64,000 bases of DNA from assembly GCA_964016885.1 (NCBI GenBank), contig OZ024741.1:310000001-310064000 (forward strand), in the 5' to 3' direction. The notes below the pieces were generated by a model. It did not search any database, was not told where the DNA came from, and worked only from the letters and a program-made list of their open reading frames with translations. Source of the DNA: Eledone cirrhosa. Its lineage: Eukaryota. Below, piece after piece: positions 50,534 to 64,000 of the stretch (positions are counted from its first letter, which is position 1; the number at the start of each line of letters is the position of its first letter). Both the position numbers and the translations under genes were made by a program.

Positions 50534-53500
50534 ACAAAACGATCTATCCCCACAAACAGCCACCACCATAATACATACTCTAATTTAACACCAACACAAC
50601 CACCAATAACTCAAACAAGGAATCCACAAATCTGCCGTTTTTCCCTGCGAGACAGATTGTGTTTAGACCGGGATTGTCCCATTACCCATCTCCCGGGGAC
50701 CCGTCGGATAAATGAAAATAAAATTAAAAATAAAAGCAAAAACAAAAACCATAACCTACATAAAAATAACCACTACCACAGTCACCAACAGTCTTCTAAA
50801 CAGGAAACTTCTTCCTCTTTTTTAGCCATAATGAATCTGGCAAAAGAACTGGAAAAAAACATTCGAGCTATCACCCAGCACCACCCTCCACTATCACCCC
50901 ACTGCACAAACTCCCATTGCTGCCATTAACAAACAAACAAATTAACAACACACCAAAACAATTAAAACCATCCACTCTCGCCTCTACATTTTTGCTTAAC
51001 GCCCAAGGCATCAGCCCTTCCACCAATACTCAAAAATGGAAGATCAAATTCCTGGAGGACTGGATTGATGTCCATCCAAACCACATCCCTTTCTTCGTCC
51101 TCACTGAAACCCATCTCAGTAACCTCCACTTGGAAGCCGAGGTGAAAGTGAAAAATTTCAAAGCCATCCGTGCTGATCGCGCTGGCAGAAGAAAGGGCGG
51201 AACTGCCATTTATGTCCATAATTCTTTCTCAACAGAGGCTATGAACATATTCACTAATGGATACTGTGAGGCAGTCACTGTATTCAGTCAAACCAACAAC
51301 CTATTAGTAGTTGGGCTCTATAGGCCACCCCAAACGCCTGTACCATGCTTCAAGGAATGCCTCAACAGCATAAAGTGTTTCATCCAAGAGTGTCACCCTG
51401 ACAACATCTTAATGATGGGGGACTTCAACCTCCCCGGAGTTGACTGGTCCACAAACACCCTGCCACCAGGTTCTTCTGCCTCAACCTCTGACAGGGAAGC
51501 TGTGGAATCGCTTCTTGACTTCATGGATGATTTCTTCCTATCCCAACTAGTGCTCGAACCAACGAGGTGCCACAAAAACGTCCTAGACTTAATTTTCAGC
51601 AATCACACTGACAATATCCACAATATTGCAGTGGAGAAAACTCTACTCTCTGATCATGACATGGTTCTCTGTGATCTGAGATTCCACTGTCCAATATACA
51701 AACCCAATGTCATCTCTCCTGTCCATCCGTTTGACGCTATGGATTTCCACAATGCAAACTGGGAAGGGATCAGTCATGATCTTGCACATGTCGACTGGTC
51801 CTTCACGTACACTCATACACCCACTAACATCAAAAAGTCCTGGCAGACATTTGTGGACACTGTTACAAACATATGTGCTAAACACACCCCATTAAGAACT
51901 ATAAACAAATCTAAGAGCAGAATCCCTAGAAATAGAAAAACGCTCATCAGAAAAATTAAGAGAACGAACAAAAAAATCAACAAGCTGAAATACTGTCAGC
52001 AGCAACACATCAACTTGACTGCCATTTCATCACTAGAGATTAAAAAACATAACCTCCAAAACAACATAATGTCCCTCATCAACAATCAGAGAAGAGCTGA
52101 AGAGGCCTGGGCCATTGAGAAGATCAAACTCAATCCCAAAGTGTTCTTTTCATTTGCAAAAAAACACAAAATCACTGGCTCTACTGTTGGCCCTCTAATT
52201 GATGAAAATGGCACTCTTCAAGACAATGCTAAAACCATGGGTGAGATACTGCAGAAACAATACTGCTCTGTTTTCAGCAATCCTGATATGGCCGATCTGG
52301 GCTGTATCGGCGATGTTACTCCCCATTACACCTTATCGGACATAACGTTTGGCGCCCCTGATGTCTTGGCGGCAATAAAGGAAATCAAGCATAATTCAGC
52401 AGTAGGTCCCGATAGGTTCCCTGCTTGTGTCTTGAAGGCGTGTCAACACCAACTTGCATCTCCTCTTGCCAATCTGTGGCGGAACTCACTGGATGCTGGA
52501 TATGTGCCAGAAAACCTTCTATCCCAGTCTGTTGTCCCAGTTTTCAAAAAGGGAAACAAATCCCTTGCCGTGAATTACCGTCCAATCTCACTCACCTCTC
52601 ATATCATTAAGGTATTTGAGCGAGTGGTGAGATCGCGAATGACCCACTTCCTTGAGAGTAACAATATGCTGAACTCCAACCAGCATGGATTCCGTAATGG
52701 AAGGGATTGCCTGACGCAACTACTGCATCACTTTGATGACATTTTGAGAGCCTTGGGAGAGGGTTCCAACACTGATGTTATCTACCTTGATTTCAGCAAG
52801 GCCTTTGACAGGGTTGATCATAACATTCTACTGAGAAAGCTGTCCAATATTGGTGTCACTGGAAAGCTGCTGCAGTGGATCAAGAGCTTCCTGTCAAACA
52901 GAACCCAACATGTTGTAGTTGAGGGAATCAAATCAAGCCCAGCCAAAGTCAGTAGTGGAGTCCCACAAGGCACTGTGTTGGGCCCACTTCTCTTCATCAT
53001 CTATATTAATGACATCACTGACATCATCAAACACAGCAACATTAAAATTTTCGCTGATGATTCCAAGCTCCAAAAGGTCATCAATGGCGTGGATGACCGG
53101 ATAAGCCTTCAGTCAGACCTACTGGCTGTTACCCAATGGGCAGAAAAGAACATGTTACTGAACGAAGACAAATTCGAACTGATCCACTTTGGAAAAGAGG
53201 ATGCTCTGAAACTCCCGTACTCCCTTCCCTCCGGGGAAACTCTCGTGGCATCTAACAACATCAGAGACTTGGGAGTAACCGTGGACAGCAACATAAGCTG
53301 GACCACGCATATAAGCAGCAAAGTTGACATGGCCCGCAGAATGTGTTCCTGGATCCTCAGAACCTTCCAGTCGAGAGATTCCCGCACCATTATCCTTCTC
53401 TTCTCTACTTTCGCCCGACCACACCTTGAATACTGTTGTCCACTGTGGTCTCCCCACACGAAACAAAGTATCATGAAACTTGAAGCTCCTCAAAGGGCAA

Positions 53501-54021
53501 TCACGAAAAAGATAGATGGCATGTCAGACCTTGACTACTGGGGTCGATTGGAAAACCTGAAACTTTACTCACTCCAACGTCGCCGTGAGCGTTATATTAT
53601 CTGCATGATGTGGAAAATGTTCCATCATCACTGCCCAAATGATGTTGGCATCGCCTTCAAGATACACCCAAGGCTTGGGCCCCGTGCTATCCGTCCCATT
53701 CAAAAATCTAAATCGCAACTCATAACAACAATACGGCACAATTATTTCACCTCAATCGGCCCTGCTCTCTTCAACATCACACCAGGACACGTCAAAACAG
53801 AAACTGACCACACAAAATTCAAGAAGTCTTTGGACAAATTCCTCCAAGTAATCCCGGACAAACGACCCACACCCGGATATGTCTCCGCAAACAGTAATTC
53901 TCTTCTCGAATGGGCCATGGTGCCCAAATCCTGAATTGAAAGACTTCGCCAGGTGGTGCTATTAAGTTAGACATGGCCTGGGCCAATACTGGCCAAAACA
54001 TTTCAAAGTTATTCAAAGTTA
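50534..54021 (+). mobile_element. CR1/L2-group LINE family a: ORF1 3' part, complete ORF2 and 3' UTR
   Basis: The ORF1 remnant has [19 protein letters not shown] (CCCH-type) and stops at 50929; ORF2 follows; tail (TTCAAAGTTA)2 runs into (AT)n. Confidence 0.95.
50917..53934 (+). CDS. APE endonuclease-reverse transcriptase (ORF2), intact 1005-aa frame
   Basis: [51 protein letters not shown] and RDLG. The frame is open from 50770 with no ATG before the APE domain. Confidence 0.92.
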   Translation: MLPLTNKQINNTPKQLKPSTLASTFLLNAQGISPSTNTQKWKIKFLEDWIDVHPNHIPFFVLTETHLSNLHLEAEVKVKNFKAIRADRAGRRKGGTAIYVHNSFSTEAMNIFTNGYCEAVTVFSQTNNLLVVGLYRPPQTPVPCFKECLNSIKCFIQECHPDNILMMGDFNLPGVDWSTNTLPPGSSASTSDREAVESLLDFMDDFFLSQLVLEPTRCHKNVLDLIFSNHTDNIHNIAVEKTLLSDHDMVLCDLRFHCPIYKPNVISPVHPFDAMDFHNANWEGISHDLAHVDWSFTYTHTPTNIKKSWQTFVDTVTNICAKHTPLRTINKSKSRIPRNRKTLIRKIKRTNKKINKLKYCQQQHINLTAISSLEIKKHNLQNNIMSLINNQRRAEEAWAIEKIKLNPKVFFSFAKKHKITGSTVGPLIDENGTLQDNAKTMGEILQKQYCSVFSNPDMADLGCIGDVTPHYTLSDITFGAPDVLAAIKEIKHNSAVGPDRFPACVLKACQHQLASPLANLWRNSLDAGYVPENLLSQSVVPVFKKGNKSLAVNYRPISLTSHIIKVFERVVRSRMTHFLESNNMLNSNQHGFRNGRDCLTQLLHHFDDILRALGEGSNTDVIYLDFSKAFDRVDHNILLRKLSNIGVTGKLLQWIKSFLSNRTQHVVVEGIKSSPAKVSSGVPQGTVLGPLLFIIYINDITDIIKHSNIKIFADDSKLQKVINGVDDRISLQSDLLAVTQWAEKNMLLNEDKFELIHFGKEDALKLPYSLPSGETLVASNNIRDLGVTVDSNISWTTHISSKVDMARRMCSWILRTFQSRDSRTIILLFSTFARPHLEYCCPLWSPHTKQSIMKLEAPQRAITKKIDGMSDLDYWGRLENLKLYSLQRRRERYIICMMWKMFHHHCPNDVGIAFKIHPRLGPRAIRPIQKSKSQLITTIRHNYFTSIGPALFNITPGHVKTETDHTKFKKSLDKFLQVIPDKRPTPGYVSANSNSLLEWAMVPKS

Positions 54022-54029
54022 TATATATG

Positions 54030-54065
<36 letters not shown>

Positions 54066-54092
54066 TATACATATATACATATATATATATAT

Positions 54093-59745
<5,653 letters not shown>

Positions 59746-62700
59746 ATTTTGTATTTTTGTTAATCGCTTGTTAAATGCAAGGACCCCATTCAATCATTAC
59801 CTTCTATCTCTTCTTCTTATAAATTCCTTAATTCTTAATCTAGCGTATTTTCAAACCTTAATTCCTAGCGTATTTTCAAACCTCAATTCCTAATTCTAGC
59901 GTATTTTCAAAACAAAACAAAATCCTTTTCCTTCTTCCTTCTTTCAAAACCCTAAACTCCCGCTTCCTCGACCCCCCCCCCCTTCCCTCTACTTCGCGAG
60001 GGCATGGCGGTCAACCGCCCAATACACACACATCATGCGGCCAACCCCCCCCTCTCTCTCTTAGCTCTCTCTCTCTATATATATATATATAAGATAGAAA
60101 TTCACTTCGCCAAATTTCATTGCATTGCTGTCTTTCCCATGATATTCATGTAACGCAATGTACATATTTTCTTTCATCTCTACCTCCACACTCCATATTT
60201 CGTATCGAGTCCAAATAGCCAATCTATTGCTAAAACAATCTACATTTTTTGTATTCATTAATTGTTAGATACGAAAGTTTTTGTCGTATTGAACAGAACA
60301 AATTTTGTATTTTTGTTAATCGCTTGTTAAATGCAAGGACCCCATTCAATCATTACCTTCTATCTAGCTACCCAACACCCCTCCCTCCCGCCCCCACGCA
60401 CCACCATTGCTATTACGTGGACCAATCATAAGCCAGAGCCCCCACGCATCACCAGTATTATTATTACGCGGACCAATCATAAGCCAGAGGCCTATACTAT
60501 CGCTTGCCTGGTTGCCTTTCGATATATGATGGATGGATGGACTGCGGAATCCTGGAGAGTGGAGGAGAGAGAGAAAAATCTGGACGCTCAGCGACAATGC
60601 CAAAGATAAAAATAAAGACAAATTCACCTCGTGGACGAGAATGCGAGCACTCCTTATTGTTTCGACCGCGGACGGCTAACATAACCCCATCGCCCCCCGC
60701 CCCCCACTGCCCCCAACCCCCAAACGCAATCCAAAACTTCAGAGTTGGTACCATAAATGTAGGCACCCTAAAGGGTCGCGCTAACGAGGTTGTAGAAATG
60801 CTTGAACGTAAGGAGGTCGATGTTTGTTGTATTCAAGAGACCAGGTGGAGGGGTGGGTCTGCTAGATTCATTGAGGGTAAAAAACGATGTTATAAGCTTT
60901 TCTGGGTGGGAAACGACGATGGGCTGGGTGGAGTAGGAATCATGGTAGCAGAAAAGTGGGCAGATAAGATAATAGACGTAAATAGAGTGAACGACAGAAT
61001 AATTAAAATACGACTTGTCCTCAATAGAACTACGGTGACAGTAATATCTGCGTACGCACCCCAATCCGGACTGCCCGGCACTATAAAAGACAGATTCTAT
61101 GAGACACTGATGCTAACTACCTCCCAAATATCCGACAGTGACTATATAATTATTGCAGGCGACCTAAATGGTCACGTTGGACAACATTGTGACGGCTACG
61201 ACGAAATCCATGGAGGCTATGAGTTTGGTACTAGAAATGAGGAAGGCTCCAGAATCCTGGAATTCTGTGATGCAAATAACCTAACTATCTGTAACACTAA
61301 CTTCAAAAAACGTGACAATCACCTGATCACCTATAGATCCGGGGAACACACAAGCCAGGTAGATTATATCCTTACCAGAAGACTTGACAGAGTGTCTGTT
61401 GTAAACACTAAATCCCTCCCCCATGAAGAATGCACCTCCCAACATAGACTGATAATTAGCGACCTCATAGTCAGGACGAGACGTACTCGACAGCAGAAGA
61501 GGACTATCCTCAGGAGAAAAATATGGAAGCTAAAGGACCCCACAGCCAGGAATAAATTTCAAAGCATATTACTTGATGCTTTCGACAGTAAGGAAGAACA
61601 TTTAGAGTCGGACAATATAGAGGGAGAGTGGGAATTTCTGAAAGCAAACCTGCTGTTGGCGACAGACGAAGTCTGTGGCTGGAGCAGGCCTGTAGGCAGG
61701 AGGAGAGTAACATGGTGGTGGAACAGTAAGGTGGAGGGGTCAATTAAGGCCAAAAAGCAGGCTTGGAAAGTATGGCGGGATGGGGGAAGTAGAGAAGACT
61801 ATCTAGTGGCCAGGAGGGAAGCTAGGAGACAAGTGTACTTAGCAAGAAGGGAAGCTGAGGAAAGAAAGTTCAAGCATGTTCTACAACGCGATGACCAAAA
61901 ACGAGAGGTGTTCAGGATTGCCAGGCAATGCGTCAAGGAAAACCGTGATATTGTCGGGGAGAAGTGTGTACTAAACGATGATGGCACACTTGCCATCACC
62001 GACGCTGATAAGAAGGTAGCTTGGAAGTGTCACTATGAAAGGCTACTAAATGAGGAGAATGAATGGGAGAAAGACAGTCTCCCCCATATCGACCCAATAG
62101 AGGGACCAGCAGTGTTAGTCGAGGGGAGTATAATAAGTAAGGCAATCAAGGATATGAAGACGGGTAAGGCGGCTGGGCCTTCGGAAATAGTTGCTGAGAT
62201 GCTGAAGGCATCTGGCACGGTGGGACACTCCATGGTCACCCGCATAGTTAACCAAGTCGTACAGAATGGGGTTGTTTCGAAGGACTGGCATAGCAGCATC
62301 ATCGTTAACTGTTATAAGGGTAAAGGAGACGCCCTAGATAGGAGTAACTATAGAGGCATTAAATTAATCGACCAGGTCATGAAGGTCACGGAAAAAGTAA
62401 TAGCACAACTAATCAGAGAGAGAATTGACCTAGATGAAATGCAGTTCGGGTTTGTGTCAGGCAAAAGTACCACAGACGCTCTTTTCATTGTACGACAACT
62501 ACAGGAGAAGTACCTAGCTAAAGGTAAACCCCTCTACTTAGCTTTTGTCGACTTGGAGAAAGCCTTCGACAGAGTCCCCCGCTCCATTATCTGGTGGGCT
62601 CTTAGAAAACTAGGCGTTGACGAATGGCTTGTGAGAGCTATACAAGCCATGTATAAAGAAACAGTCAGCAAGATTAGAATTAACAACGAATATAGTGAAG

Positions 62701-64000
62701 AGTTTAGCGTAAAAGTTGGCGTCCATCAGGGCTCTGTTCTCAGCCCCCTACTATTTATTATTGCCCTTCAGGCTATAACAGAGGAGTTCAAGACCGGCTG
62801 CCCATGGGAACTCCTATACGCAGACGACCTGACACTCATAGCGGAATCAATGGCTGAGCTAGAGAAGAAATTCCAAACATGGAAGCACGGCCTAGAATCA
62901 AAAGGCCTTAAAATTAACCTGGCTAAGACTAAAGTTCTAGTTTGTAGGAAAGAAAATAGGGCGGCGGTCCCTTCTGGGAAATGGTCGTGCTCGGTGTGTA
63001 GGAAAGGCGTAGGTAGAAACTCCATTTTATGTCCTAAATGCAAAGTATGGGTGCATAAAAGATGTAGTGGGATCACAGGTAAGCTAACTAAGAACATAGA
63101 TTTTACATGTGGCCGGTGTTCTGGTGCAATAAGTAGCAGCAAGTGCCCACAAATACTAGCTCTTTCAATTGCGCAGAGGGTTCTATAGAAATAGTGGACA
63201 GTTTCCGTTACCTGGGTGATAAAATCAGCAGTGGGGGAGGGTGCTCTGAAAGTACAGTAGCTAGAGTCAGAACTGGTTGGAAAAAGTTCAGAGAGCTTAT
63301 ACCACTATTAGCTGCTAAAGGGTTCTCCCTAAAAATGAAAGGCAGGTTGTACGATGCCTGCATACGAACAGCAATGTTGCATGGCAGTGAGACCTGGGCA
63401 TTGTGTGCAGAGGATATACGCAGACTAGAGAGGAACGAAGCTTGCATGCTCCGCTGGATGTGTAACAGTAATATACGTGAACGGCAAAGCATAAATGAAC
63501 TAAGGAAAAAATTAGAAATAAGAGGGATCAGATGTTGTTTACTCGAGAGAAGGCTACGTTGGTATGGACACGTGATGCGCATGAAAGTCGATAGCTGTAT
63601 AACAAAGTGCAGGGCAATAAAGATAGACGGTAGCCACGGAATAGGCAGACCTAGAAAAACCTGGGACGAGCTGATAAACTCCGACCTCACACACTTACAC
63701 CTCTCCAAGACAATGTCACTGGACCGAGACCTTTGGCGGTACTCAGTAACAGAGAAGACCCGCCTTGCCTAAATACATAGTAAAACCTACTACAGCCAGT
63801 AGGCATCTCTAACAAAATAACCCCCCCCGCCCCCCGCCCCCACCCCATCCACACCACCCCATCCTATGTAAAGTTATGTTGGTGCCACACCATCCAGGCC
63901 GAAACAAATGAGATCGTGTAGGTGTCACGACAAAAAAACACACAGTCCACGCTGTAATGTGGCCGTGTAGGCAACACGGTAAAAACCTCCCAGACCCACA
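59746..64000 (+). mobile_element. RTE family B, full-length copy (3' UTR runs off the window)
   Basis: 5' UTR, then APE (GTINVGTL, IQETRW, SAYAPQ, GDLNGHVG, QVDYIL, SQHRL), RT (YADD), PHD-type finger and 3' UTR from 63773. Confidence 0.96.
60597..63772 (+). pseudogene. RTE single ORF (APE-RT-PHD) broken by one 1-bp deletion at ~63151
   Basis: CCACAAATACT here versus CCACAAAATACT in the minus copy (~55188-55200); the likely start ATG 60597 (MPKIK) is shared with the minus copy (MPKLK). Confidence 0.88.

Overview
Eukaryotic, gene-free, repeat-dense window, probably cephalopod (Octopus-like; inferred from the SINE and LINE types and the very long (AT)n arrays, not from a database search). Roughly 40% is interrupted (TA)n microsatellite, which produces all the long I/Y/M/C/V/H/T 'ORFs'. 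A 200-N assembly gap lies at 28919-29118. The first 11 kb holds old, degenerate repeats: tRNA-SINEs, RTE fragments, a Penelope GIY-YIG remnant and a hATm-like transposase remnant. From 11.5 kb onward, young non-LTR retrotransposons sit inside the (TA)n arrays: two RTE families with a PHD-type finger inserted in the RT, two CR1/L2-group families (one with an intact 1005-aa APE-RT frame reachable by a -1 slippery site), a near full-length Tx1-clade element, and three copies of a bipartite non-autonomous RTE derivative. The most notable feature is a non-coding ~477-bp tandem and inverted repeat at 33320-34740 whose unit carries a canonical minimal type I hammerhead ribozyme (a retrozyme or Penelope-pLTR-like system). 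Two more, unrelated hammerhead-like cores occur in fold-back structures at ~44.8 kb and ~46.8 kb. No host protein-coding gene, tRNA, rRNA or CRISPR is supported.
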